From the NCBI GenBank assembly GCA_963693365.1, contig CAVNZM010000013.1, forward strand, positions 4,368,722-4,432,721: DNA of 64,000 bases, written 5' to 3'. The stretch's first letter is position 1. Every line of letters starts with the position of its first letter. This DNA is from Amoebidium appalachense (taxonomy: Eukaryota; Protista; Ichthyosporea). The notes beneath the pieces were generated by a model. It did no database searches. It was not told where the DNA came from and saw only the letters and a list, made by a program, of their open reading frames with translations. The position numbers and the translations under genes were made by a program. This document shows, piece by piece, positions 1 to 21,305 of the stretch.

Positions 1-341
1 ATCCTTGAAAGAAAAATCCAGCGCGCGTGATTCCCCATGAACGAAAATCCACAAACAGAAAGAAGATTGTATATTTAAGAGCGGGGCCAAGGAGATGCAT
101 AAAATGTACAAAACCATAAGAATGAAGGTAGTGGTGAGAGAGGGGTGGAAGGAGGGTCAAGGGGCGAACTGAGGGGAGGAGGGGGAGGGGAGGGGGGGGG
201 GGGGGGGGGGGGGGGAAGGGATCGAAGTGTACATGCAGAGAAACAAGGGATAAAGCAAAAGGGGGTGGGGGAAAAACCCAAGGGGAAGGAAAGGGGAAGG
301 ACGTAGACAGAGGTTGGGTGGGGAGGCGGGGGGGGGGGGGG

Positions 342-415
342 AGATGTATGCACCCAAAAGGTTGGCGATATGGAGGAGACACCAAGGGACAAATATAAAA
401 TGCCACAAAGAGATG
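342..415 (-). mobile_element. poly(C)-tailed repeat family, subfamily C, short 3' fragment
   Basis: Reverse complement reads ...gtcccttggtgtctcctccatatcgccaacc...gcatacatc followed by poly(C), matching the 3' ends at 49450-49513 and 59780-59843. Confidence 0.7.
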
Positions 416-436
416 GGGCCGGGGGGGGGGGGGGGG

Positions 437-836
437 TTTGAATGCGGAACACAGTACGAAGTACGCATAGACGATGAGAAGCATGGTGCAGGACACATGC
501 AAAGGCAAACATTCAAGTATGCAGCATCAGCCATGCGCACAGTATGCGTCATAAGCAGAGCCCATCCTCAGGGAGGGCCCAAGTCATCAATTGCGTCTGA
601 GTTTCGACCCCTTAGCCCGCGTATATACGACGCTCCAACTCAGACAGCAGCATCAACTGAACTTGGGTGGGTCAACCCGTCTTGATCAAAGACGAGCAGG
701 GTTGCTTATGCAAGCAAGGTGAGCAAAACGGTGAAGATGTGTGTGCAAACTAATGCAGTGCAGCGACAAACGCGTATGTGCTTACAGATGCACGAAACAG
801 AGCAACCATGCCCGGTTGCATGGAAGTAAAGATGTC
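437..836 (-). mobile_element. poly(C)-tailed non-autonomous retroposon-like repeat, subfamily A, near full length (~400 bp)
   Basis: Near-identical in reverse complement to 9574-9978, 49549-49961 and 58141-58539; flanked on both sides by G/C homopolymers; ends ...ccgcattcaaa-(C)n. Confidence 0.9.
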
Positions 837-860
837 GGGGGGGGGGGGGGGGGGGGGGGG

Positions 861-1045
861 TCATAATGTGTTATGGAGCACAAAGTAAATATCCATGACA
901 TGTACAGACAGCACAAAACGCAGACTGTGAAGCCCACATAATGAGAATGCATAATAAACGAAACCCAGCTTCTAGGGGGAACCCAGGTCATCAACAGTAT
1001 CCAAGTTTCGACCCACTGAGCTCGCCAACAAAACCCAAAGGGCAA
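861..1045 (-). mobile_element. poly(C)-tailed repeat, diverged subfamily B-like 5'-truncated copy
   Basis: Reverse complement contains gggtcgaaacttggatactgttgatgacctggg...ttattatgcat... and ends in poly(C); alignable by eye to 34590-34760. Confidence 0.7.
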
Positions 1046-1194
1046 AGAGTGGTGTGGTGTGGTGTGTGTGTGTGTGTGTATAGGGGAGGGGTTGCGTGGG
1101 GTGGGGGGGTGGGTGGGTGGCGCTAAAAATGAACATCGAGGAAGCCGCGGGAGAACGAAGAAGAAAGGGGGGGGGGGGGGGGGGGGAGGGATAC

Positions 1195-1342
1195 CATGGC
1201 CGGGACGGATAATCTCCTTGGTCACACCCTCAGATACCTGAACGGTCGTCATTTTCGGAGTCTGTGTGTGTGTGTGTGCGTTGGGGGGATGGGGGGGGGC
1301 GCAGAGGGGGGGGGGGGGGGGGGAGGGGTACGTGTACGAGTT

Positions 1343-1378
<36 letters not shown>

Positions 1379-1808
1379 CGCACGCGCGAGTGTGTGTGTG
1401 TGTGTGGAAGTGCTTAATGTGCAAGCGAATGTTGGTGTGAGTGAGTGACCGAACAATTTTGTGGGTGTGTGTCGTGTTGGCCGCACGAGGGAATGAAGCC
1501 ATGGAAGTAGACGGGGGTAGGGAAGAGCCCGGGAGAAGTTATTACATCAAGAAAGGGGGAGGACGGGGGAGAGAGAGAGGAAGGGGGGGGGGGGGGAGGA
1601 GCGTGAGGGTATGGGAGTGGGAGAGAGAGGGGAAGGGGGAGGGGTAGGGGGTGTGGTTAGGAAAGCGAGCAAGCCAGGGATAGAGGGAGAGGAGACTATG
1701 AGAAACAAATAGAGAGAGAGGTGTGGGGGTGAAGGGAGGGAGGGAGGGAGGGAGGGAGGGAGGGATGTTTAGGGGGGGAGGGGGGGGGAGGGCGGGGGGG
1801 GGGGGGGG

Positions 1809-1847
<39 letters not shown>

Positions 1848-2563
1848 CGAGAGCGAGAGAGAAAAAGAAATTGAGAGAAAGAAGGTGGGAAAGATGGAGG
1901 GAGAGGGGTAAGAGGGAGGGAGATAAGGGGGAGGTTGGAGGGGGGGGGGGGGGGGGGGGGGGGGTCCCGTGGAGGGGTAGGGGCGGGGTGGGGGGTGGGT
2001 GCCACGCTCGGGGGGGGGGGGGGGGGGGGGGGGGGGGAGGGGGGGAGAAAGTACGGTTGGGGGGAGAGTGCACGTTGTGCATGCAAAATGCCTGAAGACT
2101 CCAATGTTTAGGCGTGGAAATGGTTGTGGAATGTTTCGTAATAGACTTGTCACACCTCCACACACGTGTGTCACTGCGCAGAACGAAACTAGGACGGACG
2201 TTGGCCAGAGCGGGGGGCCTGCGAGGAGCTACGGAGAGGAAAAGAGCGAGGGGCCAATGAGGAGAGGGTGTGGCGGGCCCGGGGACCGGAGGGGAGGGTA
2301 GTGTGATTTAGCATACCACAGCGTGAGGAGGATTTAGCATACCACAGTATATTATGAAAAGGCACAACGAAAAGCAGAGTAAGTGGCAAAAAGTGTGCGC
2401 ATGCAGAGGTTTTGCAGCACAAAATAAACTATATATCGTAATGGGAGTTACAGGGAGGTGCGAGGGGAGGGGGGGGGGAGGGGGGGGGGGGGGGGGGGGA
2501 GGGGGTTAAAAGGATATAGGGGTGGGTGGGTGGGTGGGGCTGGGAAAAGAGGGATAGGGACGG

Positions 2564-2594
<31 letters not shown>

Positions 2595-2723
2595 AAAGGG
2601 GGAGGGGGGAGGGGGGGAGAGGGGAGGCACCTCTGTTGAAAAGGGGCGTTGTATGGGATAAAAGGCTCTGTAAGTGGTGGGGAGTAGAAGGGACCGGCGA
2701 GTGAGAGTTGCAGTAAAACTCAT
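1195..2723 (-). CDS. 5' exons of an FKBP-type peptidyl-prolyl isomerase with a putative mitochondrial presequence (gene continues toward or beyond position 1)
   Basis: Exon 2723-2631 ([33 protein letters not shown] at 2630) joins in phase 0 to exon 1261-1195 ([25 protein letters not shown] after a (CA)n run, GT at 1194). [12 protein letters not shown] is the typical FKBP12-like N-terminal strand. Downstream exons were not located. Confidence 0.6.
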
Positions 2724-4080
2724 AGCGGTTGTGAGGGGAAATGAGAAGGTTGCTGGAAAAAAAAAATGGAAAGGCTACATATCTCCCTATACTTTTGTGG
2801 GGTCAAAGGCATTGAGACGTTATTTCTTTTGATTTTAATATAGTGTATCTATTCAACAGATTGTTGCCTTACTTCACACGGGCATTTGTTGTATTTAAAA
2901 CAGGCAAAATTGGTTTGTAGTGTAGTCAAGGCACTTCGTTATACTTGCTGTTTAGTATAATGCAGTACACAAACTTTCAAGTTTGACGCTGCGTGAGTGG
3001 AGGGGTAGCTACTGGGTCGTCAAGGAGCTTTCCTTGTGGCTGCCGGCGCCGTGCTTACAGCCTTCAGCAGTATGGCAATGACTGGGTTTGCTTGCATGCA
3101 TTCTGTAGTTGTGTTTTCCTGTGTGTCCTGCCACAACTAGGCCACCTTGTCAAAGAGTTAGAGACAGCTTCTGCGGGTTTTCTAGGGGACGGGCCCGTGG
3201 GGATTGTTTTCTCGCTCGGATTTGGTCTGCATTGCTCTTTAAAAGGCTGACTTGCTTGCTGTGCCCCGGTAGGTTTGAGGGGGGCCTGTTGGGGGGCAGC
3301 AGTAATGATGTCTTCTTGCGGAGTGTGGCCTGGTCATCATCGCTGCATATGACTAGTTGGAGCAAACTAGTTTCACGCATACACGTGCACTTGTACCTTT
3401 GCCCGCTGGTGTCCTTTGGTCACTTGTTGTTTTATTTTTTATTTCATCGCTGTGGCTCTTTCGAAGTCGGTTATTTTGGTGGTCATGTAGCCTGTGGCTG
3501 CACGTTACCTTCATATCCACTGGACCCCTGATCAATAAATCCCAGTCAAGAGAAAAAAAGTTTGACGACCCATATTAAAACCCCACTAGTCTACAGCAAC
3601 TTCAAAACCAATCAGCAGCTTTCTTATTTAACCAATCAGGTAGCTGATTTTCGGTTTTTGGCGCGAAACCATCCCAGCCTGCCCCTCTCTCTCGATGCTC
3701 CAAAGTCAAGCGAAAGGTGGCAAGGCGCGGAAATGCTTGGGGGCTTGCATTAAACTTCTCTGACTCCAACAAACGATATATAAGGGGAAAGGGGAACTTC
3801 AAGTCTATTCCATATACGCTTTTCTCGCTCTTTATTCCTTCTTCTCGAACGCGAAGTGTTCCTTCCTTGTAGACACAGCTCTTACAGTAGGTTCTTGGAA
3901 ACAAAGCTTTGTCGTTGTCGCGGTCGTCGCTACATAGGTAACAAACAAGCAAGAGAGAAAAAAAACACATGATATCTTGTCCAAATATCATATCTTATAT
4001 AGAGGTGCGCTATACATTTTGAGCATCTTCCACACACTCCTTCCCTCGCCACCACCCTCAGTTTTGCGCAAAACAGCAAC

Positions 4081-13226
<9,146 letters not shown>

Positions 13227-13276
13227 AAGTGTGTGGAAGGGGCACCACACGTGCACATGTGTGTGTGTGTGTGTGT

Positions 13277-13323
<47 letters not shown>

Positions 13324-13603
13324 CATGGGTTTGCGTGTGTGCGTATATTTGCATGTGTTTTGTATGTTTGCGTGTTGTCTGTATGCATGCACCTGTACAC
13401 CCCCCTATGTACGACACTTTTGGTGAATGACCTTTGTTATTTGGGTTTAAACCTTCAGAAAGCTTTGTCGTAGTAGTTTTTCTCGTTTTTTTTTTCCGAA
13501 GTTGGGATAGCCTTGTGCGTGTTTAGTCACCCTGTTGCATTTTGTCATGTGTATCCATACATTCCTTCCGTGCAACTGTACCTGCATTCTTACAGTTCTT
13601 CAC

Positions 13604-13703
13604 TTAAAAGGGTAAGAAGTCATCCTGATAGACCCTGTAAATCCGTTTCTAACATAAAAGGGTAAGAAGTCATACTGAAAGACCCTGTAAATCCGTTCCT
13701 AAC
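13604..13703. repeat. ~50-bp tandem duplication
   Basis: taaaagggtaagaagtcatmctgawagaccctgtaaatccgttyctaaca occurs twice. Confidence 0.85.
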
Positions 13704-14050
13704 AACGTAATTCCGGGGGAAGCTTCTTGCAATACTTGCATGTTTTTCGCTCCGAAATTTTGGTATATCTTTGTTTGTGTTGCAGTGACAGGTCGTAACC
13801 CAAATGTCTCACCCATACATACACGGGTTCACTCGGCACACATCTCAAGTAAAGTGGCCACACGCCAATACGGAAAAGAAGATACTATGTGACAATGGGC
13901 CCGGAGTATGTCTGTACATAACAGTGTCACCGTGCGCACACACACACACACACGTACGTGTGTTACAATAACACGCAGACACAGACACACGCACGCGCAC
14001 ACGCACACACACATGCACACGCACGCTCTTGCACACACACAGACAAACCC

Positions 14051-14158
<108 letters not shown>

Positions 14159-14173
14159 CCCCCCCCCTCAGAG

Positions 14174-14221
<48 letters not shown>

Positions 14222-15140
14222 TAGCTAGATCTATCTCTGTCCTTGCGCGTGTCCGAGTATTCTCACAACTATAATAATCCCCGCACGACGGACACACACC
14301 TGGCAAGGACCCACTCACTGAGTTTACTCGTGCTATCCGATTCATTCCGATCCTCCGAAGTTGTCATTCACGGCGATCATGAACGCTCCTCATCTCTCCT
14401 GTCCTCCCACAGCCATGGTGACCACCGCTCTGTGCTCTTTTGCCGGATACTGGCTTCGGAATTCCCCCCTGGGTCCTCCCCTCCCTCCCGGCTAGCTACC
14501 CTAGGCCTCCTCTCTCCTTCTGGGGCATGCACGGTGATGCATGCGCCTCTCTAGCAGAACATTTTTACACGTACACAGGCAAACGCAGACACGCACGTGC
14601 AGAGACAGCCACACACACGTGCGCGTACACCATACACACGCACGCTTGCGAACGCACACGCATTTACTGCACATCTACATACAACCACATACACGTGTCA
14701 GTGTACGTGTCACGTTCCTGTGGCGCGTACACCACACGCACGCATGCTTACAACACACACACACACCGTGACAAACAAACGTAAACACACACGCACGCGC
14801 GCACGCACGCACGCACGCACGCACTCACGCCGGCGCCTGGGACGCACACCAGCTTGTTCATGAAGCAGGCAACGGTTCACTTTTCTGTTCCCGCCCGCAC
14901 AGTAATTGGTGTACAGCGCACCCTTCCTTGTTTGTAATTGGAGGAATAAAAGTCACTCAGATATAACCAAACATGGTTTGATCTCTAGCTTCTTGATTGG
15001 GTGGATAAACATAAGAGGGACCGGCGCTGCAGACTTGACAAGTTGACGTCGGAGGCGGAGGCACACAAGCATGTCTCCTATACGTGAAACGATACATCAT
15101 ATGCAAATAATAGTTATAATAAGTATATTGCACCGGTAGA

Positions 15141-15836
15141 ATGATATTACAACTATCACTTCTGGCTCTTTCGGCCGCCGTTTCACATGCAACACGTGCA
15201 ATGACAGGCAACCCAACCCCCATCTACCCAAGCACACACACAGTTCTCACAACGTACTACCCAACACAAACAGACTATCCTATTCCGAAAACCACGTACA
15301 ACATTACCGTAACAACAACCATTAACCCAACCGACCCACCCGATTATTGCCAAGGGGGGATCGTTTTTCAGGTGGATGGGAACTACACGTCACCCACAAT
15401 TGTCGGACTATTTCTCGCAAAAGGTGCAGCCATTGCAAGGATTAACATGAATCAATACCTGGTTTTGGACGCACAGTTCGATGTCAACTCATTGTCATCA
15501 ACAATCACAACGCTCGTGTGCAACAAGGAAGCATATGAAGAAACACTCTTTTCCTTCACGCACGCTCCGGCCGAATGGGCAATGATAGGGGATCTTTGCA
15601 ACCACCTCATTCCGGCGCAAGGTACATCTGTCGAATTATGCACGGGATGTCTCGACGGTACATTTCTCGTTGTGGGCCAATGTGCTCCATGCACCCCATT
15701 GCCGTCGGGAAAAACATGTGCGGATGGTGAGCTACTGGTTTGTAGCACACCTTCGGATTCCCAATGCACCGATATGACAGCAGGCCTTGTCCCTAATTCT
15801 TCTGCATCTTCAAAGTGCAGTCGCGGTACTGTTTAG
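15141..15836 (+). CDS. intronless secreted or surface protein: signal peptide, Thr/Pro-rich stalk, Cys-rich (TNFR/furin-like) C-terminus
   Basis: 231-aa non-repetitive ORF; hydrophobic N-terminus MILQLSLLALSAAVSHA; CTGCLDGTF...CAPCTP...C...CSTPSDSQC cysteine spacing. Confidence 0.7.
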   Translation: MILQLSLLALSAAVSHATRAMTGNPTPIYPSTHTVLTTYYPTQTDYPIPKTTYNITVTTTINPTDPPDYCQGGIVFQVDGNYTSPTIVGLFLAKGAAIARINMNQYLVLDAQFDVNSLSSTITTLVCNKEAYEETLFSFTHAPAEWAMIGDLCNHLIPAQGTSVELCTGCLDGTFLVVGQCAPCTPLPSGKTCADGELLVCSTPSDSQCTDMTAGLVPNSSASSKCSRGTV

Positions 15837-16651
15837 TTTCACTTTTTTTTGGGAAGGTTAGCCGAACGCAAAAGGGTGGAAGGGTTCTTTAGATTTTGCG
15901 ATGCGTGTTGCCTTTCTTGTGCTCTTCTTTTCTTCTTTTCTGCTGGCAAGAGTTATTTACTGTGATAATGATTGATCCTTAGTAGAAACCGTTTTCCATG
16001 TCAATGGATATCAGTTTTGAAACACAGCAGATGCAAACATCCCGAAGGACCCAAAGGTAGCCAGCCATATCAGGACACTGTGAAGATACTGTAGATATGA
16101 AGAACTTATGCATGTTGTTGCCATTTATTTTAGAACACGGCCCGTGAACTTGCAATGTCAGTGTGATGTTTTTTTTTGGAAGTTGCAGAAACCACTACAA
16201 TGGTAAGCACCGGTTGCCGCGGTGTGCACAGCAATCAAGAGAGAACCCTTTTGAGAGCAATGTGATCTACATAGAGGTCGAGATCTTTGAAGCACACCAC
16301 CTTTTCCCCCTGATTAATAGAATGCTACGCTGATTACAATCGTTTTGGCAGGCAAACTTTGCCTAGGAAAAAGAAACTGTACATGTGATACCAACAGATA
16401 TCCTTTCCTCCACACGACATTCGCGGCTGCACACCCGTGTAGACGTCCGTCTGCGAGTACACATACACGCACATGCGCACACACGCGCGCACACACACAT
16501 ACACACCCACGTGCGCGCAAGGGACACGTACAGCCCAGTCCCTCGTCTCCCGTTCCCGACACACACACACACACACGCACACGCACATGCGCACGCACAC
16601 GTGCCTAGTTGCGCAGTTTTACGGATACGCATACCCTCTTCCCCCCCCCCC

Positions 16652-16690
<39 letters not shown>

Positions 16691-17511
16691 CTTCCGGGAT
16701 CCCGCCTCCTCCTCCTCCTCCTCCCACCAGCGCAAGTATGTGCCGCTGTCAGAGACTGTTGATATTTTGGTGGTGGTTGTGTGTGTGTCTGTGTATGTGC
16801 GTGTTGAAGGGGGCAGGGAAGGGGGGAGGGGGGGGGAGGGGGGGGGAAGCGGAGAGCGCTAGTCCGCCGCGATGGCTCGAGCCGTCGGGCTTCCTCGATG
16901 GTGTCTTACAAGACACTCGAATATATCATGTCCTTCTTCGCCGAGCAGTTGCTCGCGCAGATCTCGCAAGCTCAAGGCGGAAAAAAAAAAACAAAAAAAA
17001 AAAACTGGATGAATATCTCAAGGGGGAGTTAGTTGTGCTGTGTGACACTCTACGACGTGGCGGGGTCTCAAGGCTTTGTCACTAACAGAAACACATGTAG
17101 CACATTCCCCCCGGGTGCCACAGCGTCTTCCTCGTTAATCGATAAGAGAAGCCAATAACGCGGACTCGATACCATCGAGGGGAGGGGGCATTTTTTCCGA
17201 GCAGCTCGGCTCCTCCCGAGTCGACGTCACGGGCCGTTTCAAATGCATATATGGGCTCCAAGGTACGGTAGCCGTAAAGCATTTCGGATCCTAGCGGAGA
17301 AACGACTGTGAGTTGAGTTGCTTGAATATTACATAGGAATTAACACGACACAATAACACAAGCACTCACAAGGCTTCTAAAGCCAAAGCAGAAACCTGTT
17401 GTTTTCCACAGAACATGAGCCGAATCCCACGCTTATGAGTCCCCTTCTGCTCCTCCTCTCCCTCCAGCCCAGGCCACATCTCTGTCTTTTTTCTCATCAC
17501 AATCTGACAAA

Positions 17512-17889
17512 ATGCACCTGCACAAGGCCGTACCAGTGCATCTCAACGTAGGCGGCAAGCACTACGAAACTACCACCCATACCCTTTTCAACGTGCACGG
17601 TACCATCTTCCACGACCTTTTAGAAGACGGACGTGGCACAGCTGAAAACCCCATCTTCATCGATCGTGACGGCGAGCTCTTCGAACATGTGCTCAATTAC
17701 ATGCGTGACCCTGCCAATGACGTTGTTTGTGCCAGTTTGACCGCCCTTCCTAAAGCGACCAAGCTGGGTGTTGTTGCCGAGGCCCACTTCTACAAGATCC
17801 ACGGGTTGGTGACTTTGCTGAATTCGGAGCTCCCTGCCATGAGCTCCCATGGAAAAGTCTGGTCTGGTCTTCCGACTAGCGGGCCTTAG
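17512..17889 (+). CDS. KCTD-type BTB/POZ (T1 tetramerisation) domain protein; C-terminus uncertain
   Basis: Motifs VHLNVGGKHYETTTHTL, IFIDRDGELFEHVLNYMRD and EAHFYKIHGLV. Confidence 0.9.
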   Translation: MHLHKAVPVHLNVGGKHYETTTHTLFNVHGTIFHDLLEDGRGTAENPIFIDRDGELFEHVLNYMRDPANDVVCASLTALPKATKLGVVAEAHFYKIHGLVTLLNSELPAMSSHGKVWSGLPTSGP

Positions 17890-18619
17890 ATGCAAACCCA
17901 CCTCCCCCCTTCCCCTCCCCTCTCCCCCCCCCCCCCCCCCAGCCCCCGCCCCCCCGCGCGCAGTTGTTTCTTTCTACAACTCTGAATTCTCTTATCTACA
18001 AAGCATTTCGGGCTCATCCCACCTCTCCTCGATCTTTCCTCTCGTTTCCCAGCATCTTCGTCTGACACCATCCCTTCTTTAGTAGGTGCCTTTAGGCTTA
18101 ATAGCGCCCGGCCTGCATCTTGCACTGTATACCATGGGTAATAACTCACGAGTAGTTTCTTTAGTATTAGAAATAACGTTGTTCAGTAGTAGAATGAAGC
18201 GTAATGCCGTGGAGATTTATGGGGTCTCATACGATGGCATTTAGTCACTTTATAGTCACCTCATGTACCTGTAACCCAACTAAAAATAACGTGTGATTCC
18301 CTAAAATGAAAGGGTTTTATTCCATTTATGCATGCTTATCTTTACCTAATCACATCCTGGGCCGTGTGTTGTGGCCTTGCAAAGCGAGTGCTTGGAGACT
18401 ATGAGCAGACACGAAGGGGGTGTGGCTGTGGGTAGGGATAAGTGGGTGGAAGTGTGAGAGATGAACTAGGAGTGGCCGGGGGGAGGGGGGGGGGGGGGGG
18501 GGGGGCGCCTCCGGAAGGGGGGGGGGGGGGGGGGGGGGGAGGGAGGGGGATCGGTCATGATAAGCGAAGCTTTGGATCCGGACTTGCAAGTTCTAGGGGA
18601 CGGGGGTGAGGGTAGGGGG

Positions 18620-18664
<45 letters not shown>

Positions 18665-19245
18665 CTCACGGATGTGCACCCCCAGGCTGGCAGACCATCG
18701 CAAGTGATGGGCTATATCAGGGGAGTTAGTGTTTGTGTGTATACCACCTACCCCACAGGCAACCTCAGGGCCCGTTCTGACCTACCCTCGTTGAAATCTC
18801 ATTCATTACTGTACCAGTTTCGAAGATAGCTCGAGGCCCCCTCCCGGGCCGGCGAGCCGGCGCAACTGGTTCATGCAATGATCATGAATTCGAAACGGTC
18901 AAATGACACTTGGGTAACGTTCGAGGAACCACTGTCTGCTTCAGCCGGGGCCTGAGGCCTTCCTTGTCTACGTGTGCTGCTCAGATACAGCGCGTCGACT
19001 CCCGGACACACGTGTTTATGGTCCTACTGCAACAATGGTGCCTTTGAGAGCCAAGTTTCCCGGTGCTTGAGCTGCCGACATACCCCATTCCAACTTGCTG
19101 GACGTTAGCTTTTGTCTGGTGTGTTCTAGTTCTAGTTATCACAAATTCCGAAGCGCTTGAAGTCTTGGCGTTTCTCAGAACAAGTCCTACTCTTTCCATT
19201 CTCTCCCGTTCTCTTCCTTTAATAGTTGCGGAGGGAACGCACAAC

Positions 19246-19974
19246 ATGGCAGCTGTACATCCAGAAAACGAAACAGCAGCGTGCTTGGTGGAGAAGGGGA
19301 GGCCAACAAGGGCGCAGCTGCACGTGTGGGTACAATCGGTCCAGGCAAAAACGGTGGCAAAGGCAAGGGCCGAAGAGGTTTCAGTGGTTGAGGTGTGTGA
19401 AAAGGGGACACATTTCCTTGTTTTTGAGACTGAACTTACGGAGGTGAGAATGAGGATAGTCCGAGATTGGGTTAGTGGTGGTCAGATGCCGGGGTTGAAA
19501 GAGGCACATGACGGGCTAAGGGCGCTGGTTGAACTGAAAGCAGGGTTTATGTGGGCTGTTTTTCTTGTAAGTGGAGGCTATTTTAGTGGCGGGATCGTGG
19601 AAAATGGAAATTTTAAACAGCACAAATCCTTTCATTTGTACATGCCTGATTTCAAGAAGGGACGGAAAGATAGGAGCAATCACTCGTCATCCTCGGGTCT
19701 CAGGGTTGAAATGAAAACGAAATTCAAGCAGCGACTTGAGGGAATTTTGGGAGAATGGGGCCCGCTGATTGCTAACTGTCAGTTTCTTTTCTGTTATTGT
19801 CCAGGTGAAAACATTAATCTTCTTTCACCATGGGTGACTAGGAATGATACTCGCTATAGGAGTATAAGCTCAAGGATTAGCAATGCATCATACCAAGAGC
19901 TAACAAGGATAGTTGCTGTTTTGGGCTCGGTGCATTTAATCCAGCAGCACGCGCCTGAACCGAATAAAGAGTGA
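19246..19974 (+). CDS. stand-alone divergent VLRF1 (Vms1/ANKZF1-like release factor 1) domain protein
   Basis: First ATG at 19246. WAVFLVSGGYFSGGIVENG...HKSFHLY...SGLR...ILGEW...CQFLFCYCPG...NDTRYRSI...ASYQELTRI parallels the VLRF1 pattern GGHFAG..HKTFHRY..SAGAxLRRYNE..W..I..DxR..IPF..T..EL.R as recalled. Confidence 0.7.
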   Translation: MAAVHPENETAACLVEKGRPTRAQLHVWVQSVQAKTVAKARAEEVSVVEVCEKGTHFLVFETELTEVRMRIVRDWVSGGQMPGLKEAHDGLRALVELKAGFMWAVFLVSGGYFSGGIVENGNFKQHKSFHLYMPDFKKGRKDRSNHSSSSGLRVEMKTKFKQRLEGILGEWGPLIANCQFLFCYCPGENINLLSPWVTRNDTRYRSISSRISNASYQELTRIVAVLGSVHLIQQHAPEPNKE

Positions 19975-20485
19975 CTAGAAGAGCGAGTTTCTTGCCGTTC
20001 AAGAAAGTTGGGTGTTGGGAGTATTTATCATCGCTCACCAACATACACACACTTTTGCAACTTTCACATAAACCGTGACCACAGCCTTACGTGTACACTA
20101 AAGCGGTGTGTGTGTGTGTGCGCCGGGGGGGGGGGGAGGGGGGGGGGGGGGGAGGGGGGGGGGGGCTGCTCGGGCCCCCTACACACCACACACACACACA
20201 CGCACCCTGCATCCGTTTGCCCCCTTATCACCCCCCCCCCCCCCCCCCCGCCCTTCCTCCACCACCACTTGGTCCACCACCACCACCGGGCCATGCCTGT
20301 ATACCAGCTCCGTAAACCAAAACACACACACACATACACATTCACACATGCACACGTAAGGCTTACACGCGCACACAACACACACACGCGTACACACACA
20401 CACACACACACACACGTGACACATACCACACACACGTGACTCACAGACACACGAACACATGCTCGCACGCACACCTCTATCTCCT

Positions 20486-20523
<38 letters not shown>

Positions 20524-21097
20524 CGTTGGCTCCACAACTACCACCCTAACCACCTTTGCATCCACGCATGTGGCACCTGTTTCAGGTACATCAACGCTTA
20601 TAATTTTAGTAACCATATTTTTGTGCCAGCACAGATGGTTATTTTGTGTTCTGTTATTATTGTGAGCATAGACAAGACTCGTGAGTAAGTACCCTAGCGT
20701 CCAGGTATGTAGACAAGACTAAAGGGGCGTGGACTCGCCGTGGAGCCTACCACATACTGAGGTAGTGCCTCATTTTCCTTCCTACCTCAACAGAAATGTC
20801 TCGCTAGTAATGCGGACAATGCTTATCTGTGTACGCGAAGTGACTGCTGCGAAGAAGGAAGGCTGCGAAGAAAAAGACTGCGGGCTGCGAAGAAGGAAGG
20901 AAAAATCGATAGCTCACTGTGCTGGCCGGCCTGCCACGCCTACTGCGCATGCGGAAACTGCAGAAGTCGATGGTGATAAGGGTGTGAAATTATTTGCCCG
21001 TTCTGGCGGGCCCAGAACTTGCCCGCTTTGAGCTTTGGCAAAATCTCTTGCGAGAGGGCAAACAAACAACGGTGTGAGGGTATACTGTAGGGCCATG

Positions 21098-21305
21098 TAA
21101 ATCTATCCCAAACAACTGCCTATCTATCCCAACGCACTATCCTAGATCTCTCCCAAAGTGACCTAACTATCATAGATTCTATCCCGGATAATCCTTTTCT
21201 CTTGACTGGATTTGCACTCAAAATGTGCCTAGATATCCCGACGATCTATCCCGAGGAGCCCCATCTATCACGAGATATATCATATTCGACCGGGATAGTT
21301 AGGCG
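21098..21305. repeat. cluster of short dispersed tctatcc(c/y) motifs, possibly a transposon subterminal region
   Basis: About 7 direct copies of (a)tctatccc-like motifs plus one inverted copy (gggatag at ~21292). Confidence 0.45.

Noticed and set aside
314-685. Recurrent small ORFs in the repeat (MQRQTFKYAASAMRTVCVISRAHPQGGP / MTHTVRMADAAYLNV)
   Set aside because: They recur only because the repeat is young. Indels between copies break the frames and substitutions track base pairing rather than codons.
2993-3991. Short ORFs between the divergent FKBP-like and p1 genes
   Set aside because: No domain motifs or supported splice structure; more likely bidirectional promoter or UTR sequence.
16858-17300. 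Coding-looking minus-strand segment (LRDLREQLLGEEGHDIFECLVRHH...)
   Set aside because: Short, interrupted by stops and a T/A run, with no recognisable family or consistent splice model.
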